Shown here: piece after piece, positions 1 through 9,281 of the stretch | Layout of the letters: each line of letters starts with the position of its first letter | Numbering within the stretch: position 1 is the stretch's first letter | DNA from: an uncultured Actinomycetota bacterium | Lineage (GTDB): Bacteria; Actinomycetota; Actinomycetes; Mycobacteriales; Pseudonocardiaceae | Reading direction: 5' to 3' | Length of the DNA: 64,000 nt | NCBI GenBank assembly: GCA_963776255.1 | Contig: CAVZMB010000022.1 | Coordinates: 1,789-65,788, forward strand | Made by a program: the position numbers and the translations under genes | The notes under the pieces: model-generated | What the model saw: the letters and a program-made list of their open reading frames with translations, nothing else | What the model was told of the DNA's origin: nothing | The model's database searches: none

Positions 1-1227
1 GCCAGCCGGGAGTGCAGCTCGCGACCGAGCCGGCGGATCTCCTGAGCGTTCCGGGCCAGCGCCTCCTGCCGCCAGGTGTAGCTGACGGTGCGCAGCAAGG
101 CGATCAACGTCGTCGGGGTGGCGATCACCACATTGTGCTCGAAGGCGTGCTCCAGCAACCCGGGATCGGACTGCACGGCGGCCTCCAGGAACGGGTCGCC
201 GGGCACGAACAGCACCACGAACTCGGGGGTCGGCTCGAACGCCTCCCAGTAGCTCTTGGCGGACAGCGCGTCGACGTGTGCGCGGAGCTGCCGGGCGTGC
301 TTGCCGAGCTTCTCGGCGTGGGTTTCCGGATCGCGGGCCTCGACGGCCTCCAGGTAGGCGGTGAACGGGACCTTGGCGTCGAGCACGATCTGCTTGCCAC
401 CGGCCAGCCGCACGACCATGTCCGGCCGCACCGCGCCGTCGCTGGTCACGGTGTGCACCTGCTGGCTGAAGTCGCAGTGCTCGACCATGCCGGCCAGCTC
501 GAACGATGCGCTCCAGCTGCAGCTCGCCCCACCGGCCGCGGACCTGCGGCGCGCGCAGCGCGTTTACCAGCTGCTTCGCCTCGGTCTGCATGGCGCTGAC
601 CTGCTCGCGCAGCCCGGCATACGCGCTGGCCCGCTCCTTCTCCACCGTCCGCAGCTGCCCCTCGACCCGCTGCAGGGTGGCCGAGACCGGCTCCAGCAAC
701 GCACTGATGGCTTGCGCGCGGGCGGTGTGGTCGCCGTCGGCCTTCGCCGCGAGCCCCGCGGTGGCCTCCTTGATCCGGCCCTCGGCGAGCCGCACGAAAG
801 CGTCGTTGTTCCGGGCCAGCGCCTCGGCCGACAGCGCCTGGAAGACCTCGCGCAGCTCCGCGTCGCGGCGGGTGAGCAGCCGCTCCCGCTCGGCGGCGGT
901 CTCCTTCTCCACCTGCAGCGCGACCTGGGCCGCCTCCCGCTCGGAGCGTCGCGAGGCCTTCTCGGCCGCAGCCTCCGCCGCCGCCGTGCTGGCCCGCTCG
1001 GCGAGCTGCGCGACCTGGTGCTCGCGATCACCCAGCCGCTCGCGCAGCGCGTCGAGCTCGGCGCGAACCGCGGCGGCCTGGGCACGGGCGGTGGCCGCCG
1101 CCTCGGCGTGCGCCCTGGCGGTCTCAGCGCCGGACGCGCGCAGCCGGCCGGCGGCGAGCACCCAGCCCAGCGCGCCGCCCGCGGCGAGGCCGACCAACAG
1201 CACGGTCAGCCCGGCGAGAAGATCCAC
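1..1227 (-). CDS. rmuC: DNA recombination protein RmuC (3' end runs off the window; indel near 502)
   Basis: Manual minus-strand translation: N-terminal TM MDLLAGLTVLLVGLAAGGALGW, coiled coil, RGRWGELQLERI, RPDMVVRLAGGKQIVLDAK, TPEFVVLFVPGDPFL, NVVIATPTTLIALLRTV. One extra base breaks ERIVELAGM. Confidence 0.9.
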   Translation of the reverse strand, partial: MDLLAGLTVLLVGLAAGGALGWVLAAGRLRASGAETARAHAEAAATARAQAAAVRAELDALRERLGDREHQVAQLAERASTAAAEAAAEKASRRSEREAAQVALQVEKETAAERERLLTRRDAELREVFQALSAEALARNNDAFVRLAEGRIKEATAGLAAKADGDHTARAQAISALLEPVSATLQRVEGQLRTVEKERASAYAGLREQVSAMQTEAKQLVNALRAPQVRGRWGELQLERIVRAGRHGRALRLQPAGAHRDQRRRGAAGHGRAAGRWQADRARRQGPVHRLPGGRRGPRSGNPRREARQARPAAPRTRRRAVRQELLGGVRADPRVRGAVRARRPVPGGRRAVRSRVAGARLRAQCGDRHPDDVDRLAAHRQLHLAAGGAGPERSGDPPARSRAALPAG

Positions 1228-1296
1228 GGCGCCCAGGATGCACGGTTCCCCGGACAGAACCGGGATCCGACGCGCCGGACTGGTCGCTGTCGACAC

Positions 1297-1805
1297 TCAC
1301 GGGCGCGTCTCGTGCGCCAGCAACCAGCGCTTCACGTGCAGTCCCCAGCGGAACCCACCGAGCGTGCCGTCGCTGCGCAGCACCCGGTGGCACGGCACGA
1401 AAAGCGCGGCGGCGTTGCGTGCGCAGGCGGAGGCAGCGGCCCGCACGGCCGCCGGCCGCCCGGCCTTCGCGGCGAACTCGGTGTAGCTGAGTGCCGCCCC
1501 GGGCGGTACGCCGCGCAGCACGTCCCAGGCGTGTCCCAGGAACTCGCCGCCGCATTGCCGCACCGGGATCGCACCGACTGCGGACAGCTCGCCGTCGAGG
1601 TACGCCTGCACCGCCCGGCTCACCTCGCCGACCTCGGGCCGCGGCTGCGTCTCGTCGGGCCGCAACGTCGGGTGCACCAGCGCCAGCAGCGCCGCGGGGT
1701 CGGTCGTCCAGCCGGACGCGAGCACCACGCCGTCGTCGTCCAGCACGACGGTGAACGGTCCGACCGGGGTGTCCAGGCAGGTAGTGGTCCAAGTGATCGA
1801 GTCAT
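1297..1805 (-). CDS. ogt: Methylated-DNA--protein-cysteine methyltransferase
   Basis: VPCHRV active-site motif and SYTEFAAKAGRPAAVRA HTH. ATG at 1805 overlaps the alkA stop (ATGA) after GGAGG but is out of frame with the body, so an early indel is inferred. Confidence 0.9.
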
Positions 1806-3282
1806 GCCGTCCTCCGTAGTCTGGCGCCGGCACGCCACAGATGCATGCCGGCGTAGGAGCGCCACGGCCGCCAGCGGCGGGCGTGTGCGATGAGCGCGTC
1901 GAGATCCGCGACGGGCAGACCGACCGCGCCCGCGCCGCGGCGCAGCGCTACGTCGTCGACCAGCAGCTCGTCGGTGCGCCGAGCAGCCGCATGACCAGGT
2001 AGCCGGCGGTCCACGGCCCGATCCCGGGCAGCGCAACCAGCTGGGCGCGCAGCTCCTCGGCGTCCTGGCCGGGATCGAGCGCCAGCTCGCCGGTCTCGAT
2101 GGCGGCGGCCGCGGACCGCACTGCGGCGAGCCGGGCGGCCGGGCCGGTCAGCACCTCGTCGACCCGCTCGGCGACCGCGGCCGGCGCCGGGAACAGCCGC
2201 GTCAGGCCGTCCTGCTGGTCGACACGCAGCGGCTCGGGCAGCGGTTCGCCGAGCGCGGTGGTCAGCCGGGTCGCCGCGGTGCGGGCCGCCGCCACCGTCA
2301 CCTGCTGGCCGAGCATGGCCCGCAGCAGGGTCTCGGCGCCGTCCACGGTGCCCGGCACCCGGATGCCCGGTGCGTCGCACACCGCGGCGGCCAGCGCGGG
2401 GTCGGCGCCGAGCACGGCGTCGACCGCGACCGGATCCGCGTCCAGGTCGAGCAGCCGGCGCACCCTGGCCACCGCGGTGCCGAGGTCGCGCAGGTCGGTC
2501 AGTCGCAGGGTGGCCTCGATGTGCGCCCCGCCGGCGTCCGGCCGCAACGCGACGGTGGCCGGCCCGTTCGGCAGCCCGAGCGAGCGGGCGTACGAACCGG
2601 CGTCGACGAGCTCCACGCCCGGGACCGCGCGGGCGGCCAGGAAGTCGAGCAGGCCGTCCAGGTCGAACGGCCGGCGGTAGGGCAGCCGCAGCGTGATCGT
2701 GCCGGCCGACGGCCGGGTGACGCGTTCGGCGGTGCGCAAAGCCGACGGCGGCAGGTCGTAGGTCGCGCGCATCGTGTCGTTGAACTGACGAACGCTGGCG
2801 AACCCGGCGGCGAAGGCCACGTCCGCGAGCGGCAGCGCGGTGGTCTCGATGAGCACCCGGGCGTTGTGCGCCCGTTGGGCCCTGGCCAGCGCGAGCGGGC
2901 CGGCGCCGAGCTCCGCGGTAAGCACCCGCTGCAGCTGCCGCGGCGAGTACCCGAGGCGGGCGGCCAGCCCGGCCACCCCGTCCCGCTCGACGACACCGTC
3001 GGCGATCAGCCGCATGGCTCTTGAAGCGGTGTCCGCGCGGGCGTCCCAGTCCGGCGAGCCGGGGACCGAGTCCGGCCGGCAGCGGCGGCACGCCCGATAG
3101 CCGACCCGGATCGCGGCCGCCGCGGTAGGCAGGAACTCGACGTTGCGCCGCTTCGGGGTGATCGCCGGGCAGGACGGTCGACAGTAGATGCCGGTGGTGC
3201 GCACCGCGGTGACGAACTGCCCGTCGAACCGGGCGTCCCGCGACTCCACGGCGCGATAGCAGCGCTCGGCATCCAGGTGCAT
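1802..3282 (-). CDS. alkA: Ada-AlkA fusion (Ada Zn domain, AraC HTH, DNA-3-methyladenine glycosylase II); indel near 1973
   Basis: TTGIYCRPSC...CRRC Ada metal site; LPGIGPWTA HhH motif; C-terminal WRPWRSYAGMHLW lies in an adjacent frame. Confidence 0.92.
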
Positions 3283-3362
3283 GCCAGCGATGCTGCCACC
3301 CCGGCTCGTCGCGATGCTGGCGGGAATCGGACATCGCCGCCGGGCACCTAGACTCGGTCGGC

Positions 3363-4466
3363 GTGAGCCTCACCATCGGCATCGTCGGGCTGGCCAACGT
3401 CGGCAAGTCCACCATGTTCAACGCGTTGACCCGGGCCGACGTCGACGCCGCGAACTACCCGTTCGCCACGATGGAGGCCAACATCGGCGTGGTGCCGCTG
3501 CCCGACCCGCGGCTCGACGTCCTCGCGAAGTTGCACAAGTCGGCGAAGATCGTACCCGCGACGGTGTCCTTTGTGGACATCGCGGGGATCGTCCGCGGGG
3601 CGTCCGAGGGTGCCGGGCTGGGCAACAAGTTCCTCGCGCACATCCGCGAGTCGGACGCGATCTGCCAGGTCGTGCGGGTGTTCTCGGACCCCGACGTGAT
3701 GCACGTCGAGGGCAAGATCGACCCGGCTTCCGATATCGCTGTCATCGACACGGAACTGATCCTGGCCGACCTGCAGACCCTGGACCGGGCGCTGCCCCGG
3801 CTGGAGAAGGAGGCCCGCACCCACAAGGAGCGGCGGGCCGACCTCGAGACCGCGCAGGCGGCGCGTGCGGTGCTCAACGACGGGCAGACGCTGTTCTCGG
3901 CCGCCGCCGAGGGTGGCGCCGACTGGACCGCGCTGCGTGAGCTGACCCTGCTGACCGCGAAGCCGTTCCTGTACGTGTTCAACGCGGACGAAGCCGTGCT
4001 CACCGACGAGACCCGGCGCAAGGAGCTCGCCGAACTGGTGGCCCCCGCCGAGGCGATCTTCCTGGACGCCAAGGTGGAGGCCGAGCTGCTCGAGCTGGAC
4101 GCCGAGTCGGCCGCCGAGCTGCTCGCCTCGATCGGGCAGCCGGAACCGGGGCTGAACGCCGTCGCCCGGGCCGGCTTCCGCACGCTCGGGCTGCAGACCT
4201 TCCTCACCGCGGGCCCGAAGGAGTCCCGGGCCTGGACGATCCGGGCCGGCGCGACCGCGCCGCAGGCCGCCGGCGTGATCCACTCCGACTTCGAGCACGG
4301 CTTCATCAAGGCCGAGGTGGTCTCCTACGACGACCTGGTCGCCGCCGGCTCGATGGCCGCTGCGCGCGCCGCCGGGAAGGTCCGCATGGAGGGGAAGTCG
4401 TACGTGATGGCCGAGGGCGACGTGGTGGAGTTCCGCTTCGGAAAAGCATCACGGAGCAAGACCTGA
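3363..4466 (+). CDS. ychF: Redox-regulated ATPase YchF with non-canonical C-terminus
   Basis: GLANVGKST P-loop, NYPFAT, DIAGIV, GLGNKFL, AGVIHSDFEHGFI, GDVVEFRF. Confidence 0.97.
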   Translation: MSLTIGIVGLANVGKSTMFNALTRADVDAANYPFATMEANIGVVPLPDPRLDVLAKLHKSAKIVPATVSFVDIAGIVRGASEGAGLGNKFLAHIRESDAICQVVRVFSDPDVMHVEGKIDPASDIAVIDTELILADLQTLDRALPRLEKEARTHKERRADLETAQAARAVLNDGQTLFSAAAEGGADWTALRELTLLTAKPFLYVFNADEAVLTDETRRKELAELVAPAEAIFLDAKVEAELLELDAESAAELLASIGQPEPGLNAVARAGFRTLGLQTFLTAGPKESRAWTIRAGATAPQAAGVIHSDFEHGFIKAEVVSYDDLVAAGSMAAARAAGKVRMEGKSYVMAEGDVVEFRFGKASRSKT

Positions 4467-4500
4467 CGACCATTGGTGGCGGGGGAGCTGTGCTGGCGAG

Positions 4501-4521
4501 ATGTAGTACAAATGTAGTACA
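4501..4521. promoter_or_regulatory. Putative antitoxin operator (ATGTAGTACA x2)
   Basis: Two identical 10-mers at 11-bp spacing, each containing the palindrome TGTA-G-TACA, ending 8 bp before the antitoxin start. Confidence 0.6.
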
Positions 4522-4529
4522 TTATCGGG

Positions 4530-4802
4530 GTGGAACAGGTACCGGTCCGCGAGCTGAATCAGGACACCGCTGGGGTTCTGGCCCGGGTTGAGCGCGGCGA
4601 GACGGTGGAGATCACTCGTCACGGCAAGGTGATCGGCCGGATAGTGCCTGCCATGGTGGGTGGGCTCGATGACTGGATCGCCCGGGGCCGCGTGGTGCCC
4701 GCGACCGCTGCGCGTCCGATCCCGATGCCCACGCAACGCGCCACGCCGGGGGCCGAGTCCGGGCAGCTGCTGCGTGAGCTCCGCGACGAAGAGCGCTGGT
4801 GA
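4530..4802 (+). CDS. vapB: Phd/YefM-family antitoxin
   Basis: VRELNQDTAGVLARVERGETVEITRHGKVIGRIVP is a Phd-type N-terminus; GTGA overlap with the downstream PIN gene. Confidence 0.9.
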   Translation: MEQVPVRELNQDTAGVLARVERGETVEITRHGKVIGRIVPAMVGGLDDWIARGRVVPATAARPIPMPTQRATPGAESGQLLRELRDEERW

Positions 4803-5212
4803 TCTATCTCGACTCGGCGGCGCTGGTCAAGCTCGTCCGGGAGGAGGAGGAGACCGGCGCACTGGTCGATTGGCTGAACGAGCGGCCTGCTCAGCGGTTG
4901 GTGGCTTCTGTGCTGGTCGAGATCGAGGTGCCGCGCGCGCTGCGACGCAGTCAGCCGGGTGTGCTCGGCGCCGTCGCTGCGACACTTGCCAGGATCAACC
5001 GTATCGAGATCGACGCGGCCATCCGGGCCACGGCCGCCGCCAATGTCGATCCTCAGCTGCGCTCGCTGGATGCCATCCATCTGGCCACCGCGGACGAACT
5101 TGTCGCTGCTGGAAAAGCCGTCTCCGCGTTCGTCACCTACGACACCAGGCTGGCCGAGGCCGCCCGAGGCGCAGGGTTGACCGTTGTGGCGCCCGGCGCC
5201 GAGGCGCGCTGA
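4799..5212 (+). CDS. vapC: VapC PIN-domain toxin
   Basis: IYLDSAALVKL, LRSLDAIHLATA and FVTYDTRL PIN motifs. Confidence 0.93.
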   Translation: MIYLDSAALVKLVREEEETGALVDWLNERPAQRLVASVLVEIEVPRALRRSQPGVLGAVAATLARINRIEIDAAIRATAAANVDPQLRSLDAIHLATADELVAAGKAVSAFVTYDTRLAEAARGAGLTVVAPGAEAR

Positions 5213-5228
5213 ATCGAGCCTCAGACTC

Positions 5229-5282
5229 GACGGCGACCTCGTCGAGTTCCGTCACGGACAATCATCACGGACCAACGGTTGA
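5229..5282 (+). repeat. Diverged second copy of the ychF 3' end
   Basis: Translates DGDLVEFRHGQSSRTNG-stop versus EGDVVEFRFGKASRSKT-stop at 4413-4466; 40/54 nt identical, ungapped, by hand count. Confidence 0.75.
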
Positions 5283-5375
5283 CGGCCGGTATCGCTCCCG
5301 CGGCAGCGAAGGCATCAACCGGAAGTCGATCTCTTTGGCATTCGCTCGGTCGATGACCGGCAGGCCGGGCGGCGG

Positions 5376-5816
5376 TCAGGTACCCATGAAGAACATCTCT
5401 AGCTGGATGTTGTCCGGGTCGCGGAACACCAACACCGAATAGTCCACGGGAACCGATGTGTCGGTTACGCCGGCGTGCGCCACTCCCAGGTGGTCGAGCC
5501 AGGCGGCCCAGGCATCCAGGTCAGCCCGGGTCGGGACTGCTATTGCGACGTGGTCGAGTCCGGTTCGTGTCTCGTCACACGGCTCGCCGCGATTCGCCTC
5601 GTTGTGGTGCAGGCCGATCATGACGCCGGCGGACGTGTCAGCGAGCACGACCGCATACCCGGTCTCCTCATTGCCATAGTGCGGAAACCGCGGTGGCACG
5701 CGTTCGAGGCCGAGGACGCGCTGGTACCAGGCTGCGCTGCCTTCGACGTCCGTCACGGTGGGTGAGAAATGATGGATGCCTGCCATCGGTGGTCGCTGGC
5801 TCACCGTCTCAGTCAT
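5376..5816 (-). CDS. VOC/glyoxalase family protein
   Basis: IHHFSPTVTD, GLDHVAIAV, FRDPDNIQLE; GGAGG RBS. Confidence 0.9.
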   Translation of the reverse strand: MTETVSQRPPMAGIHHFSPTVTDVEGSAAWYQRVLGLERVPPRFPHYGNEETGYAVVLADTSAGVMIGLHHNEANRGEPCDETRTGLDHVAIAVPTRADLDAWAAWLDHLGVAHAGVTDTSVPVDYSVLVFRDPDNIQLEMFFMGT

Positions 5817-6492
5817 CGAACCTCCCAGGGCGATGGGTGCGGTCGAAGATTGTTCCGGCCGCACCCAAGCGGTCACAATCGGCCAAACCGGGCGAGCGCA
5901 CAGGGGATAGGGCGTGGACGGGTAGCTGCCGCCGTGCTAGCCGCGGGCTGAGCCGGCGGCCGCAGCCAAGGCAGGCACCGCAGCCCCGACCGACAGGTCG
6001 GGGGAGGGGTGCGTCGAACGGATGGCGGGCCGTGATCCCTAGCCCGTGATCTTCTCTGCAACATGAATATCGAGGCGATTGGTCCCGCGCGGCGGGATCA
6101 TGTCGCTGCGGCGCTTTCGACCTGGCGCGTATCGATCCACCTGGCAAGCGCGCTGAGGCGGCTAGCCGCTCCAGGGCCTCCTGCTGAGGCGGGATTGGAG
6201 CACTACGTCTTGGTGCTGCGAAAGGCCAGGCGCCGGCACCCGTCGAACTTGGCTCGAACGCCCAGACGCCCGTGGTCAGCGGCAGCTCGCGCACGCTGCG
6301 CGGTCATTGGCTGCATGGGCGGCCGCAGTGAGTGGCTAACGGGCATCATTCCGACGCTAGCCAGCCTCGCCACCACTGACCAGCTCATGTACATACACCA
6401 TGCTGCGTCATACCTGATCAGTGGGTCACATCACCTACCCCTGTATGGCCAGTATCTGGATTGTGTATGGACAATCCGCTAGACTGACATAC

Positions 6493-6732
6493 GTGGCTAA
6501 GACACCCGCCCGCTCCGTGCGCATCCCAGACGACCTGTGGAATGAGCTGCAGACACACGCCCGCCAGGTGCGCACGGACAGCAGCACGGTGCTCCGCGAG
6601 TTGGCACGGCTGTGGATCGCCCTCGCCAAGGGCGACGCGGAACTCGCCGCGCGATTGGTCCGCGAGGAACCGGCCTACATGGCCCGGCTTCGAGAGGCGC
6701 TGATGGACGAGATGCAAGAACGACCGCGGTAA
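6493..6732 (+). CDS. Small ribbon-helix-helix-type DNA-binding protein
   Basis: KTPARSVRIPDDLW...SSTVLREL strand-helix-helix pattern; AT-richer upstream region. Confidence 0.6.
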   Translation: MAKTPARSVRIPDDLWNELQTHARQVRTDSSTVLRELARLWIALAKGDAELAARLVREEPAYMARLREALMDEMQERPR

Positions 6733-7011
6733 ATCCACCGCAGCGCGGGGCCAATGCTCACACACCGGTTCCGGGTGCCCGCGCGTCGTAAGCGCCTCCA
6801 CACTGCGCGACCGCACGACCCGCTCCTGCCTGGCCTCTAGACGTCCCCTGCGCAAGCGGGCTCGCGGCCTGCACCCTGGCGCTGATCCACACCTGACCCG
6901 ACAGATGTCCCCGGCAACTGACTGGGGGAGAGCTGCCTGGGGGCGAGCTGACGCCAACCAGGCCCTCCGGACCGACCGGCCTGGGACAAGCTCCGAGATG
7001 AAGGAATGATC

Positions 7012-7500
7012 ATGTCTGCACCGAACTACCACGGCCCGCACGCCCCACCACCGCCTCCAGCGGATGTGCCGTCCCAGATGCCGTTCACCCACAGCCGGGA
7101 CCGCCGGCCGCCGCCGAAGCGGCGCCGATGGCCCTGGATCGTGGGCGCGATCCTGGTGTTGTTCGTCCTGGTCGTCTCGTGCAACGCGAATACCAGCTCC
7201 AAGAACGACAGCCCGCCCACGCCCGCGCCCGAGGCCCAGCAGGCCCCGGCACCCGCGCCAGCTCCGGCGCCCGCAGCCCCGGCACCCGCTCCGGCCGCCG
7301 ACCCCGGCCCTGCTCCGGCAGATGCGCCTGCCCCGGCACCTGCGGCTAAACCGGCACCCGCTCCGAAGGCGGCGCCAGCGGTGCCGGTGTACGCCAACTG
7401 CACCGAAGCCCGCGCTAATGGCCCCACTCCGCTATTCCGAGGGCAGCCGGGGTACTCCAGCAAGCTCGATCGCGATGGCGATGGGGTTGCATGCGAGTAG
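7012..7500 (+). CDS. Membrane-anchored excalibur calcium-binding domain protein
   Basis: TM segment, Pro/Ala linker, YANCTEARANG...GYSSKLDRDGDGVACE. Confidence 0.9.
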   Translation: MSAPNYHGPHAPPPPPADVPSQMPFTHSRDRRPPPKRRRWPWIVGAILVLFVLVVSCNANTSSKNDSPPTPAPEAQQAPAPAPAPAPAAPAPAPAADPGPAPADAPAPAPAAKPAPAPKAAPAVPVYANCTEARANGPTPLFRGQPGYSSKLDRDGDGVACE

Positions 7501-7730
7501 GCGGCCCTCTCCCGAATGTGCTGCAGCGTCCCGTGCGCGCGGAGGCTGACGCCATCGAGCGCCTGGCCGTCGTCACGTGCGCTAGCTCTTGATGCTCGCG
7601 GTCGCCTGGACGCTCGGCGACCTCGCCAGTGGGGACCGCCCGGACGAGACGATTGTCCCCGCCGCGATCCTGTTCAAGGACCGGCGGGCGGGGTGAGCGG
7701 GGCGGGGGCGGGGTACCTGCTCTGGATTAG

Positions 7731-7848
7731 TCCGTACTTGGTCCGCATCCGATCCGCAGAACGGCAATACGCGGCCAACGACTGCCAACAGCAGTCAACG
7801 CAATTTGAGGCAGGTCAGATGGCGTGTCGACCGTCTACCAGCAGGTCA
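7731..7848. repeat. Phased short repeats beside the att core (arm-type or accessory-site-like)
   Basis: TCCG(T/C)A at 7731/7742/7753, CAAC at 7776/7786/7796, GCAGGTCA at 7810/7841. Confidence 0.5.
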
Positions 7849-7987
7849 CCCGGCGGTCGGAGTTCCGCTTCAACGTCTAGATGCCGAAGCTTCGCTGATC
7901 GCGCCTCCCGTTCCCGCGAAAGGGTGCTCGGCTAGGCTTCCTGCCGTGAGGCTGGGTGACGGGCGCAGCAAGGCGGCGAGAACCGCC

Positions 7988-8077
7988 ATGATCGTGGTCG
8001 CCAACGTGTTGTTGCTCAGCCTGTGCCTGGCGTCGGTCGTCGCTTGGGTGGCAGTGGTGGTCACCTTCGGTCACTAG
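7988..8077 (+). CDS. Possible 29-aa hydrophobic peptide
   Basis: MIVVANVLLLSLCLASVVAWVAVVVTFGH, one TM-like stretch; weak RBS. Confidence 0.3.
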   Translation: MIVVANVLLLSLCLASVVAWVAVVVTFGH

Positions 8078-8252
8078 CTCGCGGCGACCCGGTGCCTTTG
8101 GACTCAGCAGGGCTGTAGGGACGTCCGGATCGCTGCCGCGGCGGAGGCAGCTACGCTCCAGAGCTGCCGTCAACCCAGCGCGCGGCCGGCCGCTGCGACG
8201 CCCGAGGGGCGCACTCGCAGACTGCGCGAGCCGGCCTCGCCCAAAGGATGCC

Positions 8253-9044
8253 ATGCGCACGGTGCACACCGTCGATCTGTTGCTCGTCACCATCGCGGTA
8301 GCCATCTTCGCTTCGTCGGGCTGCGCATCGGCGCCGCGGACGGAGGCCCCCGCTGCGCCCGGACCGGCCCAGGATCGGTCCGCGGTTCGGTATCCGGCCG
8401 ATGTCCTCGACCTCGAGAACTGGTACTTGACCCTGCCGACCGGAGCAGCCGGTGACCCGGACACCGTTCACCAACCCGAGTTGGCGACCTACAGCGGTCC
8501 CGACTTCCGGCTGACCGAGGCCAAGGACGGGGTGGTGCTCACGGCCAACGCCGGCGGGGCCACCACCGAGAACAGCGACTACCCGCGGTCCGAGTTGCGC
8601 GAGATGAGCGGGACCGAGAAGGCCAGCTGGTCCAACGCCAACGGCACGCACACACTCAGCGTGCGGCAAGCCGTCACTGCCCTGCCGCCCGCCAAGCCGG
8701 AGGTGACGACCGCTCAGATCCACGATGCGACCAGTGACGTGCTGGCAGTCCGTCTGGAGTCGACGAATCTGATCGCGCGGTACGAGGACAACGGTCGCAA
8801 GAACGACATCACGCTCGAACCGGCATACCAGCTCGGGACTCCATACGACCTGAGAATTGTCGCCGCCAACGGCCGGATCGAGGTCTACTACAACGGCACG
8901 AAAAAGGCAGACATCCCGAAGAGCGGGTCTGAGTGGTACTTCAAGAGCGGTAGTTACTTGCAGTCCAACCCGACCAAGGGCGACGCGCCTGACGCCAGCG
9001 GCGCGGTCGTGCTGTTCTCGCTGCTCGTGACGCATTCCGCCTAG
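8253..9044 (+). CDS. Polysaccharide lyase family 7 (alginate lyase), probable lipoprotein
   Basis: All three PL7 motifs: YPRSELRE, AQIHD, YFKSGSYLQ. Signal peptide ending ASSGC. Confidence 0.93.
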   Translation: MRTVHTVDLLLVTIAVAIFASSGCASAPRTEAPAAPGPAQDRSAVRYPADVLDLENWYLTLPTGAAGDPDTVHQPELATYSGPDFRLTEAKDGVVLTANAGGATTENSDYPRSELREMSGTEKASWSNANGTHTLSVRQAVTALPPAKPEVTTAQIHDATSDVLAVRLESTNLIARYEDNGRKNDITLEPAYQLGTPYDLRIVAANGRIEVYYNGTKKADIPKSGSEWYFKSGSYLQSNPTKGDAPDASGAVVLFSLLVTHSA

Positions 9045-9257
9045 CCGGCCGCCCGCCCGGAAGTCCACAGTGGAAGTGGCCATTCGCCGGCCGGCGGGCA
9101 TGGTGATCATCGCTGGCGGCCAGGTCGTTGCTAATGCAAGGTCTCAGTTCGAGCACGGATTGGTAACGCGGCAACGGGTCGTACCGAGAGACCGGGTGAG
9201 CACCGCCTCCATCCGCACGCTCCCCGAGGAAGCCGTGACTTGCGCCGGTCCCCACGC

Positions 9258-9281
9258 CGCGCCGAACCCAGGTTCGGCGCG
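9258..9281. promoter_or_regulatory. Palindrome with 11-bp arms containing CGAAC-N4-GTTCG
   Basis: CGCGCCGAACC-CA-GGTTCGGCGCG about 190 bp upstream of the dehydrogenase; GTTCGG recurs at 9295 and 9307. Confidence 0.4.

Larger units (their letters stand above)
4427..7880. mobile_element. Small genomic island integrated at the ychF 3' end; no integrase inside
   Basis: 13-bp direct repeat GGAGTTCCGCTTC at 4427-4439 and 7859-7871. The right copy continues AAC GTC TAG, giving the canonical YchF end EFRFNV-stop. Confidence 0.8.

Noticed and set aside
5820-6400. ORFs 5809-6294 and 6063-6482
   Set aside because: No motifs, weak codon bias and no RBS; probably degraded or non-coding.
7012-7500. Excalibur Ca-binding protein as part of the alginate system
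   Set aside because: It lies inside the ychF island, on the other side of the att core, so adjacency is probably incidental.
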